Positions 37,217 through 44,609 of a DNA stretch of 64,000 bases are shown in pieces. The translations under genes were made by a program, and so were the position numbers. Source of the stretch: an uncultured Nitrososphaerales archaeon (lineage in GTDB: Archaea > Thermoproteota > Nitrososphaeria > Nitrososphaerales > JACAEJ01). The stretch covers positions 32,154 through 96,153 of the forward strand of contig CALLJF010000012.1 in the NCBI GenBank assembly GCA_938091495.1, read 5' to 3'. A model generated the notes under the pieces. That model was not told where the DNA came from and searched no databases. It saw nothing but the letters and a program-made list of their open reading frames with translations. Each line of letters begins with the position of its first letter. Position 1 is the stretch's first letter.

Positions 37217-38362
37217 TTATATATGCCTTACCTCTTGAGTAAAGTACCGGATAGCATGTGATACCCTCCCAAGATGCTCTAACGCACATTCGTAATTTGG
37301 ATAAGTCTTCATACCACACTCAGGACCTGCATATGGAACCCTTTCAATACCATAGAAATCCACTGCTTTTTTCAATCTTTTTTTCATTATTTCAACAGAT
37401 TCGAGATAGTCCTTCGGATCGATTGTCCCTTTCTTTATCCCAGCCCAAACCTTTTCAACCTTTTGCATAAGAGCCGCTTCATTAACTTCTCTAGATTTTA
37501 TTAGGGTCTCATCTCTGACCAGCCTGTCAAAATCAGTCACGCATATGCTCGATTTCAGGAATTTATCCCTTTCCTCAAGTAATTGCTTTGCTCTTTTAGA
37601 TTCATAGATGGGGTCTTCAACGTGTGATTCAATTATATTCAGTGAGTTTATCTCCCAAAACAACTCATCTGATGTGTTATGAAGGTGAATGCACGACTTC
37701 ACTCCTCTTAAAATTATCTCATGGAAAATATTCTCCCATGCCTTTAGCAATTCTTCTCTTCCTTCAGAACCGTAATCGATCAAAGGATCGCTCAAAAAAC
37801 CAAAAACTGGCTCATCAACAGCAATTAGTTCTATCTCTGAGTATTTGTCTTTATGAATGTTGTTTGAAACGAATTTTGATATAACTTTACTTAGCTCACT
37901 GAATATACCGCTTGTTCTATTTAAAAGAAGAGATGAAATCGTATATGGTCCAGTTATGCAGATCTTTATCTTAAAAGTATTGCCTAATTTCTCATAAATC
38001 CTTCTCGAATTCTTTTTGATTGCCTGGACCTCAGGTATTCTAGCCGTTTCAGGTTTTACTGATAAGCTTCCGACGATCGAGTAACCGTCTTTACCCTTTT
38101 CTATTCCCTCTATCGAGTCTAGGAACATCTTGTTCATGTCTCTGAATTGTGGATAGTTAGGAACGTTTATTCCGGCTTCAAGCTTGTCTAAGAATCCTTT
38201 TACGATTTTCTCCTCAAAATATATTATAGGCTTGTATAAAGGATGATCCGTGCCATGGAGAAGGGGAAGCATCGAGTTGAAGTTCATGGCTCCTTTTGAG
38301 AATTTATCGAAATCTCCAATAAAGGGCATGCTCCCAACATCGTAGGATTTGATCTTTGACAA
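37217..38362 (-). CDS. MetE-like (cobalamin-independent methionine synthase C-terminal domain family) protein
   Basis: 381 aa. UROD/MetE-fold features include VDEPVFG, CIHLHN (His/Cys zinc-ligand region) and GPECGMK (equivalent to the NPDCGLK Cys ligand of MetE). Confidence 0.55.
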   Translation of the reverse strand: MSKIKSYDVGSMPFIGDFDKFSKGAMNFNSMLPLLHGTDHPLYKPIIYFEEKIVKGFLDKLEAGINVPNYPQFRDMNKMFLDSIEGIEKGKDGYSIVGSLSVKPETARIPEVQAIKKNSRRIYEKLGNTFKIKICITGPYTISSLLLNRTSGIFSELSKVISKFVSNNIHKDKYSEIELIAVDEPVFGFLSDPLIDYGSEGREELLKAWENIFHEIILRGVKSCIHLHNTSDELFWEINSLNIIESHVEDPIYESKRAKQLLEERDKFLKSSICVTDFDRLVRDETLIKSREVNEAALMQKVEKVWAGIKKGTIDPKDYLESVEIMKKRLKKAVDFYGIERVPYAGPECGMKTYPNYECALEHLGRVSHAIRYFTQEVRHI

Positions 38363-38503
38363 TTATCTTAATCCTCCAAGTTTAGAAAAGAGTCTTACTG
38401 CATGTAAAGGTTATCGCTTCAGCTATAAATCTTACCTCTATTCATCTTAAGCATAACATGTCAAGAAAGACATGTAGTTGGAGTTCATATTATGATGGCA
38501 AAT

Positions 38504-38627
38504 TGGTGCGGGGGGTGGGATTTGAACCCACGAACCCCTAAGGGACAGGGTTCTAGGATCATCGTTCTAAGCCCTGCGCTTCCAAGAAGCGAGTAGTTTC
38601 TCTTTGACCAGGCTTGGCAACCCCCGC
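38504..38627 (-). tRNA. tRNA-Leu (anticodon UAG), two predicted introns, CCA encoded
   Basis: Gene-sense sequence: GCGGGGGTTGCCAAGCCTGGTCAAAG[AGAAACTACTCGCTTCTTGGAA]GCGCAGGGCTTAGA[ACGATGATCCTAGA]ACCCTGTCCCTTAGGGGTTCGTGGGTTCAAATCCCACCCCCCGCACCA. The acceptor, T-arm and long variable arm are perfect. The cloverleaf is restored only by removing about 22 nt in the D-arm and 14 nt at the canonical 37/38 position. Confidence 0.75.
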
Positions 38628-38766
38628 TCATATAATTTGCTAATAAAGCCATATTTATGGTTAATTCAGAAAAGAATTCGGCTATTTTTGATAGAAGAGA
38701 ATCAGTGAGTTTTAAACTCATGCTTCTCTCTAAGTGGCATACACACTTTTCATAGGCTCGGTCTTT

Positions 38767-39765
38767 CTACAAGGAAGCACTTTTTGGGGAAGGCAAAACC
38801 TTCTTTATGGGCTCTCCGTCAAGGTAAGAACAACGAAGTCCGAACTTTCTGACACATTCTAGGCATAGGGCAGGGTCACAAAGGGATGTTGTAAGGTACT
38901 TTTCACCACCATCTGGAGCCATGACCACCATGACTCCTTTGTCTAACTCTCTTGCCTTCTTTAAGGCTATGTAAAAAATCGCTCCAGAGCTAGGCCCTAC
39001 AAAAATTCCTTCTCCCAATGCTAACATTCTTGCTGTCTCTTCAGCCTGTTTTATGTCTACTCGATGTATTTCATCGACCCTTGAAGGTTCCCAAATCTTT
39101 GGTACGTATTGGGTCTCCAGGTTCTTTAAGCCTTGAATTGGAGTTTTAACATCTGGCTCTACAGCGATAATTCTAACATTAGGATTATACTCCTTTAATC
39201 TTTTGGATACTCCTACCAGAGTGCCACTAGTTCCTATCCCAGCCACGAAATGGGTTATCCTACCATTCGTATCCTTCCATATCTCCTCTGCTGTTGTTTC
39301 GTAGTGAGCGAGAACATTGTACTTATTGGCGAATTGATTTGGCATAAAGTATCTTTCAGGGTCTTTGCTTATGATCTCCCTTGCCAAGTCTTCAGCACCG
39401 TCCATACCCTTTGATCCTTCAGACAGGATTATCTTGGCTCCCAAGGCAATGAGGATAAGCCTTCTTTCAAGGGTCATGGTTTCAGGCATTACCAAAATTA
39501 GTTCGTAGCCTTTCGCGGCGCAGACAAGAGCTAAACCTATGCCTGTGTTACCGCTGGTGGGCTCTATTATTATCTTATCCTTTGTCAACTCGCCAGTCTT
39601 CTCAGCATGCTCTATCATATACTTGGAAATCCGATCTTTGACTGAGCCACCTGGGTTGAACTTCTCCAATTTTAAGTACAATTCTAGATTCTTGTTTGGA
39701 TTCAGTCTATTTATTCTCACCATAGGAGTATTCCCAATCAAGTCCAGTATGCTATCAGCAATCAT
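38767..39765 (-). CDS. cysK: Cysteine synthase / O-acetyl(phospho)serine sulfhydrylase family PLP enzyme with Cys-rich C-terminal tail
   Basis: 332 aa. PLP-lysine motif NPGGSVKDR, the SGNTG loop, and GIGTSGT. An extra C-terminal segment reads LCDPALCLECVRKFGLRC. Confidence 0.85.
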   Translation of the reverse strand: MIADSILDLIGNTPMVRINRLNPNKNLELYLKLEKFNPGGSVKDRISKYMIEHAEKTGELTKDKIIIEPTSGNTGIGLALVCAAKGYELILVMPETMTLERRLILIALGAKIILSEGSKGMDGAEDLAREIISKDPERYFMPNQFANKYNVLAHYETTAEEIWKDTNGRITHFVAGIGTSGTLVGVSKRLKEYNPNVRIIAVEPDVKTPIQGLKNLETQYVPKIWEPSRVDEIHRVDIKQAEETARMLALGEGIFVGPSSGAIFYIALKKARELDKGVMVVMAPDGGEKYLTTSLCDPALCLECVRKFGLRCSYLDGEPIKKVLPSPKSASL

Positions 39766-39833
39766 GATAGATTATTAATAACAGTGTCATATTAATTTTG
39801 TTAGTGCAAAGTTTTCCATATCTATGAAAAATG

Positions 39834-39937
39834 TGGTAGCCCGGGCCAGATTCGAACTGGCGTCACCAGGTAACCCCTTTTTGGATCCAGAGCCTGGCAT
39901 CCATAGCCCTTGAGGTTGACCGCTAGACGACCGGGCT
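39834..39937 (-). tRNA. tRNA-Gln (anticodon CUG), two predicted introns, CCA encoded
   Basis: Gene-sense sequence: AGCCCGGTCGTCTAGCGGTCAA[CCTCAAGGGCTAT]GGATGCCAGGCTCTGG[ATCCAAAAAGGGGTT]ACCTGGTGACGCCAGTTCGAATCTGGCCCGGGCTACCA. The D-stem GTCT/GGAT matches that of the intron-less tRNA-Val in this window. Exact junctions are ambiguous by 1-3 nt. Confidence 0.75.
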
Positions 39938-40340
39938 TCCAGACTCATTTAGAAAAGAACGGATTAAAATCTTTTCCAGCTAGTCTGGGCGGTGTTAAAT
40001 TAGCATCATTTTGACTTGATGGTCAGATCTTTTCCTCTTAGGACTCGAAGGAATGTCTTGGTTCAAGAGAGAACCATTCAGTATCTAGAATAGGATTGAT
40101 GGCTTTTATGATTACTATCCATGCTTGAGCATGTGAATAGATTGCTCTATCTCTTCACATATCTACACGATGCTAGAAGACACATCAAGTTTAAAGAGAT
40201 ACTGAGCCTCAAGGTGAGTGGGCCTTAAGTTAACATCGCCCTCTTAAGACTGGCAAAACTATTTGATTAACTAATCCAATTCAGTGAGTAAAGTAAACTT
40301 TACGCTGTGAGACAAAAAATGAGGGGTCATCGAACCCCTT

Positions 40341-40616
40341 TCATTTGCTGAGATATATTTCAATGGAACTGACGTTGTTTATGTTACCTGTTTCGTTGCT
40401 CTTGACTTGCTCTGTGTTTATGTTTATGTCCTTTACTTTTATGCCTGTAGCAAATCTTTTCATGGCTATCTGAGCCACATCTACAGCCTTGCTTATAGCT
40501 CTGCCCCTAGCTTTGATTGTTACCAATTCGCTGCCATTTTGGAACAATGTTAGGCATGCCAAGACATAGTTCATGACTGGCTTTTTCCCTATGAATACAG
40601 AATTTGTCTCTGACAT
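40341..40616 (-). CDS. albA: Chromatin protein Alba
   Basis: From the internal ATG: MSETNSVFIGKKPVMNYVLACLTLFQNGSELVTIKARGRAISKAVDVAQI..., the Alba/Sac10b signature. The upstream 46 codons of the track ORF were discarded. Confidence 0.9.
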   Translation of the reverse strand: MSETNSVFIGKKPVMNYVLACLTLFQNGSELVTIKARGRAISKAVDVAQIAMKRFATGIKVKDININTEQVKSNETGNINNVSSIEIYLSK

Positions 40617-40724
40617 ATTGACACCTGGCTTGTAATTGAAGGGATAGAGATTTACCTTAAATACATTACGGTCTTGACTCAAAGCAAATTCATAAATAAA
40701 AGTATGAGTAAAAATAAGATAATC

Positions 40725-42044
40725 ATGGCGACTCAGATCATAGCAGCTCGACAAGGTATCATTACAGAAGAGGTTAGAAAAGTAGCCATTGAGGAAGGAT
40801 TGTCTGCTGAAAGGCTAAGAGATCGAGTGGCTCGTGGCAAAGTTGTAATTACCCACAACAATGGTAGAAACTCCTCTAAGCCCATCGGTATAGGGCAAGG
40901 GCTTAGGACGAAGATCAACGCAAATATAGGCACTTCTCTTGATGTTTGCGATTTGAACCTTGAACTAGAGAAGGCAAGGGTAGCCATCAAGTATGGAGCA
41001 GACACCATAATGGACTTAAGTACAGAGGGAGATCTGGACCTTATAAGAAATGCAATCCTTAAGGAAGTGCAAGTCCCTTTTGGCACAGTTCCTGTGTACC
41101 AAGCATATATAGAAACTGTGAAAAAAAGTAAGAATCCTGCCAGCATGAGTATAGACGATCTCTTTAATGTTATTGAGAAGCAGATGAGGGACGGTGTTGC
41201 CTTCATGACTTTACACTGTGGCATAACGTTAGATATTGTGAATCATGTTATAGATCATCCTAGGTTGAATGGAATAGTGAGTAGAGGAGGGGCCTTTCTC
41301 GCTGCTTGGATGCTTCATAATGAGAAGGAGAATCCGCTTTACTCGAATTATGACTATCTCCTTGAATTGGCAAAGAATTATGATGTAGTATTGAGCTTGG
41401 GAGATGCGTTAAGGCCTGGAAGCCTTGCTGATGCTAGTGATTATGCCCAGTTTCAGGAGTTAATAACCATAAGCAACCTTGTGAAGAGGGCTTGGGACGA
41501 GGGTGTTCAGGTTATAGTCGAAGGACCAGGCCATCTGCCATTGGATCAGATAGAGGCTAATGTAAAGATGGAGAAGTTGTTGTGTAAAGGCGCACCCTTT
41601 TATCTACTGGGTCCTCTCGTGACAGACATAGCTTCTGGCTATGATCATATAGCTGGAGCCATAGGCGGAGCTATAGCAGCCATGGCCGGAGCAGACTACC
41701 TTTGCTACGTTACTCCAGCAGAGCATCTTGGTCTTCCTAGCATAGAGGATGTTCGTCAAGGCGTAATAGCATCGAAGATAGCTGCCCATGCAGCCGATAT
41801 AGTAAAGCTTGGCAAGAAGGCCATTAAACATGATATTGAAATGTCGAAGGCTCGCTCTCTTCTCGATTGGAAGACTCAGATAAGTTTGAGCGTAGACCCT
41901 GATGGAGCAAAAGAAATACATTACAGAGTGAGAAGCAAAAGCGGGACGTGCACTATGTGCGGCGATTATTGCACCTATAAGATCCTAGGAAATTCTTCAA
42001 GAAAGTCAAAAAAGAGTATATCAAGGCAAATTGTAAACCCATGA
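40725..42044 (+). CDS. thiC: Phosphomethylpyrimidine synthase ThiC (canonical-looking copy)
   Basis: Motifs TQIIAARQGIIT, KINANIGTS, TVPVYQA, GIVSRGG, SLGDALRPG, EGPGH, LGPLVTDIASGYDHI, YLCYVTPAEHLGLP and CTMCGDYC. The start was moved to the ATG at 40725. Confidence 0.9.
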   Translation: MATQIIAARQGIITEEVRKVAIEEGLSAERLRDRVARGKVVITHNNGRNSSKPIGIGQGLRTKINANIGTSLDVCDLNLELEKARVAIKYGADTIMDLSTEGDLDLIRNAILKEVQVPFGTVPVYQAYIETVKKSKNPASMSIDDLFNVIEKQMRDGVAFMTLHCGITLDIVNHVIDHPRLNGIVSRGGAFLAAWMLHNEKENPLYSNYDYLLELAKNYDVVLSLGDALRPGSLADASDYAQFQELITISNLVKRAWDEGVQVIVEGPGHLPLDQIEANVKMEKLLCKGAPFYLLGPLVTDIASGYDHIAGAIGGAIAAMAGADYLCYVTPAEHLGLPSIEDVRQGVIASKIAAHAADIVKLGKKAIKHDIEMSKARSLLDWKTQISLSVDPDGAKEIHYRVRSKSGTCTMCGDYCTYKILGNSSRKSKKSISRQIVNP

Positions 42045-42084
42045 TGAAAAAAGATTATAAGAACGATACTTTGGTGAAGAATCT

Positions 42085-42252
42085 ATGCCCATTACAGACG
42101 TTATGAAAAAGCAGTTGGCTCAAAGGAGAAAACTGTTCTTCAAGATTTGCTTAAAGTGTGGTTCAAAGAACTCTATATCTGCTACGAGATGCAGGAAATG
42201 CAAAAGTGGAGACTTAAGATTAAAGAACAGAGCCCTTGCTGCTAAGAAGTAA
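42085..42252 (+). CDS. rpl40e: Ribosomal protein L40e
   Basis: 55 aa, below the ORF-track cutoff. MPITDVMKKQLAQRRKLFFKICLKCGSKNSISATRCRKCKSGDLRLKNRALAAKK carries the C-x2-C-x11-C-x2-C zinc ribbon and basic tail typical of L40e. Confidence 0.8.
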   Translation: MPITDVMKKQLAQRRKLFFKICLKCGSKNSISATRCRKCKSGDLRLKNRALAAKK

Positions 42253-42260
42253 ATTTTACA

Positions 42261-42335
42261 GGGCCGGTAGTCTAGTCTGGTTAGGATGCCGCTCTCACAC
42301 AGCGGAGGTCCCAGGTTCGAATCCTGGCCGGCCCA
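42261..42335 (+). tRNA. tRNA-Val (anticodon CAC), no intron, CCA not encoded
   Basis: GGGCCGGTAGTCTAGTCTGGTTAGGATGCCGCTCTCACACAGCGGAGGTCCCAGGTTCGAATCCTGGCCGGCCCA is a perfect cloverleaf. Confidence 0.9.
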
Positions 42336-42455
42336 TCAATTCAAGCGCTTTTCATAAGAGAATGTTAAAGCAAAAAAGAAATACTTATCATCAGCATTGG
42401 ACCAATTAAAAGGCAGTCCGTACTCTTAAAGAAAATATATTGATAAAAATAGCCT

Positions 42456-42492
42456 TGGCGGAGTGGCATAACTGCCTTCCGCCAGATTTTTT
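42456..42492. terminator. 7-bp hairpin flanked by T-runs on both strands
   Basis: TGGCGGA (42456-62) pairs with TCCGCCA (42478-84), followed by T6 on the plus strand and ATTTTTAT on the minus strand. It sits between the convergent L40e/tRNA-Val unit and the TRAM gene. Confidence 0.4.
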
Positions 42493-42517
42493 GCGTAGAG
42501 AGAACTTATTCCTACTG

Positions 42518-42706
42518 CTATTCTTCCTTCTCTGCAGTTTCGACTATTTGACCGTTGGCGGATCTGTTTCCAACCTGAGTGATCTTGATTCTTGCTTTTT
42601 GTCCTTCTTTTGCTCCTGCAACGAAGATAATGAATCCTTCGATCTTCGCTATTCCGTCTCCGCGTCTGCTGATCTCAGTGATGGTAACATCGTATTCCTT
42701 GCCCAC
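42518..42706 (-). CDS. TRAM-domain (OB-fold) small protein
   Basis: 62 aa from the GTG start. GKEYDVTITEISRRGDGIAKIEGFIIFVAGAKEGQKARIKITQV is a classic stand-alone archaeal TRAM sequence. In-frame Gly-rich codons extend upstream without a start codon (see findings). Confidence 0.75.
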   Translation of the reverse strand: MGKEYDVTITEISRRGDGIAKIEGFIIFVAGAKEGQKARIKITQVGNRSANGQIVETAEKEE

Positions 42707-42997
42707 TTCGACAGGCTTTGGTCTGAACGACCTTGAACCACCGAAGCCGCCATGTCTATAGCCGCCTCCTTGTCCGTAACTCGTATCTTCTCAACTCCTA
42801 GCGCTTTATTGCGCTGGAAAAGGGTAGCAATTATCACATATATAGCTATTGTTTTGATCAACGCCTATTCTTTAGCAAGGGCTTTTAGAGAATTATAGCC
42901 CAACGCATCTAACTTCTTTCCATCTTATTACTTGATTTTCTGATGCTCACTTGTATAAGTTTATAAATTAAAGCGATAATCTTTAGATGAAAATTGA

Positions 42998-43690
42998 ATG
43001 GAGAATGAAACTTCCGTCCAAAGTAAGCCTTCGTCAGTTTTCACAGGTTTTCTAGGGAGGCTTGGAGGAACTCTGTTAGAGCCTCGTAAGACCTTTTATG
43101 ATATGATGCAAAGAGAGATGCGTATAATAGAGCCTCTGTTCTTGATCATAGTATTTTTTGGAATTCAAGGTGCCCTTGTTGGTGTCTTCACAGTTAGAAT
43201 ACTTTATTCCTTTCTTGCTTTTTTAAGCCCTATCATCGGTGCTAAGCAATTGCAGGCTTTTCAGGGAGGTCTTCTCATAATACCTTTCATCATCGCTATA
43301 TCTTGGATTGTTTTTGCTCTCATGATATGGATAATATCGGCAGGCATCGCTCATTTATGCGCCAAGTATATCTTCAAGGGCATGGGTTCATATACTCAAC
43401 TTCTCAAACTTTATGGTTACGCTTCTGTTCCAAGCTCTCTAGTTATATTAGGGATGATGCTCACAAGTCTGAACTTTTCTATCTTCTTCGGTCTTTCTAT
43501 GATCCTTTGCTTGATGGCTGTCTTCTGGACAGTCGTTATCCTAGTAGTTGCCGTTGAGAGATGCTACTTGATAGACCCTGGTCAAGCCTTCATATCCTCC
43601 TTCATAGCGCCCCTAATTGTTTATCTTGCCTTATCGGCACTTGTCTGGCTAATCTTCTCCAGTTTAGTACTAGGAGGTTTCTCTTTATGA
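42998..43690 (+). CDS. Yip1-domain membrane protein
   Basis: 230 aa with 5 TM. The N-terminal GTLLEPRKTFYDM motif is typical of the Yip1/DUF1282 family. Confidence 0.55.
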   Translation: MENETSVQSKPSSVFTGFLGRLGGTLLEPRKTFYDMMQREMRIIEPLFLIIVFFGIQGALVGVFTVRILYSFLAFLSPIIGAKQLQAFQGGLLIIPFIIAISWIVFALMIWIISAGIAHLCAKYIFKGMGSYTQLLKLYGYASVPSSLVILGMMLTSLNFSIFFGLSMILCLMAVFWTVVILVVAVERCYLIDPGQAFISSFIAPLIVYLALSALVWLIFSSLVLGGFSL

Positions 43691-44583
43691 GAGCTAACAC
43701 CATTATAGGGGGAATCATAATTGCCATTTTATTGGCAAGTGTGATCTTTACTTTTGCATCCCCTATCCTTCTTGGACCTCTTATCAAATTCGAGGAAGAT
43801 AGAGCTAAAGTCACTAGAACATATTTGTTTACTTCAGATGATGCACCAGGAGTAGATTACGTAAATCTGAACTTTACAATAAAGGCTGGCAGGATTGATA
43901 TCAATTTCATTGATGATAGCAGTTTGATCTATAAGTTTGTTTTTAAGCAAGATGAAGGAACTACAAAACCTAGCATTGAAAACATAACTGTCGATAGTGA
44001 TCTGCTCGTTAATGTAATGGCTGAATCTGGTGATGTTAAAGTGACCTTCGGCAACAATTACATTTACAATGGAACGCTAAGAGTAAGCTTAGGTGGGATA
44101 GCAGCGAAATTATCTAACTATTCTAACATAGAATTTTTCGATCTTGCTGCAGTCTATGCTGGTGGCGTCTCAGTAGATGTAGAAGATGATGCGTCATTTG
44201 ACCATTTGAATATTAGAGTGAATGCAGGAGGAATAACGATGCATATTGGAGCTAAGACTCTTAAAAAAAGCTCAAGCATATTCGCCAGAGTTGAACTTGG
44301 AGGAATTGCAGTTGATTCAATTCCTAAGGGAACAAGCCTAGGTAGCAGATTGAAGGCATTCGCTGACATAGGTGGAATTTCTCTAAATCCTAGAAACTAC
44401 ACAGTAATAAGCCATACAGTCAATAGAGTTGAAATAGAGACGGAAAATTATCCAACTGCACCCATTAAGCTTGAAATTGAGGTTTTCACAGGATTAGGAG
44501 GGACGACAATAAACCAACCCTTCTTTCTAGCCTTTCCAACTAGCTTCAGCCAAGAGATTACAGCAAGATATTTTCTTGAATAA
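43687..44583 (+). CDS. Membrane-anchored protein with repeated GG[IV]-strand (Toastrack/DUF4097-like) domain
   Basis: The start was reassigned to the ATG at 43687 (ATGA overlap with the Yip1 stop). One N-terminal TM, then repeated LGGIAAKL, AGGVSVDV, AGGITMHI, LGGIAVDS, IGGISLNP and LGGTTINQ. Confidence 0.5.
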   Translation: MRANTIIGGIIIAILLASVIFTFASPILLGPLIKFEEDRAKVTRTYLFTSDDAPGVDYVNLNFTIKAGRIDINFIDDSSLIYKFVFKQDEGTTKPSIENITVDSDLLVNVMAESGDVKVTFGNNYIYNGTLRVSLGGIAAKLSNYSNIEFFDLAAVYAGGVSVDVEDDASFDHLNIRVNAGGITMHIGAKTLKKSSSIFARVELGGIAVDSIPKGTSLGSRLKAFADIGGISLNPRNYTVISHTVNRVEIETENYPTAPIKLEIEVFTGLGGTTINQPFFLAFPTSFSQEITARYFLE

Positions 44584-44609
44584 GAGCATTTAAATCATAT
44601 TGACCACAT

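Noticed and set aside
36941-37319. ORFs 36941..37204 (+) and 37122..37319 (-), and a possible 51-aa minus-strand ORF 36950..37105
   Set aside because: The two track ORFs have implausible composition and overlap other frames. The minus-strand frame looks protein-like, but it lacks a start codon for most of its length, so it is reported only as a note in a finding.
38485-38721. 78-aa ORF
   Set aside because: It is almost entirely the antisense/sense shadow of tRNA-Leu(UAG).
40318-40345. Hairpin AGGGGT-CATCGA-ACCCCT at the 3' end of the Alba gene as a terminator
   Set aside because: It overlaps the stop codon and has only a short 6-bp stem. It is not distinctive enough to annotate.
40733-41224. 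Long antisense ORFs inside thiC (163 aa), hypE (50199..50708), the Mrp/HypB gene (55140..55628) and hypD (54059..54430)
   Set aside because: Each lies opposite a strongly supported coding frame and has S/P/L-rich, low-information composition.
42440-42861. ORFs 42440..42736 (+), 42579..42761 (+) and 42649..42861 (-)
   Set aside because: They are overlapping alternative frames of the TRAM gene region, and none has recognisable features.
43561-43686. N-terminal 42 codons of the 340-aa track ORF
   Set aside because: They overlap the Yip1 gene in another frame. The ATG at 43687, which forms an ATGA overlap and is followed by a TM helix, is the credible start.
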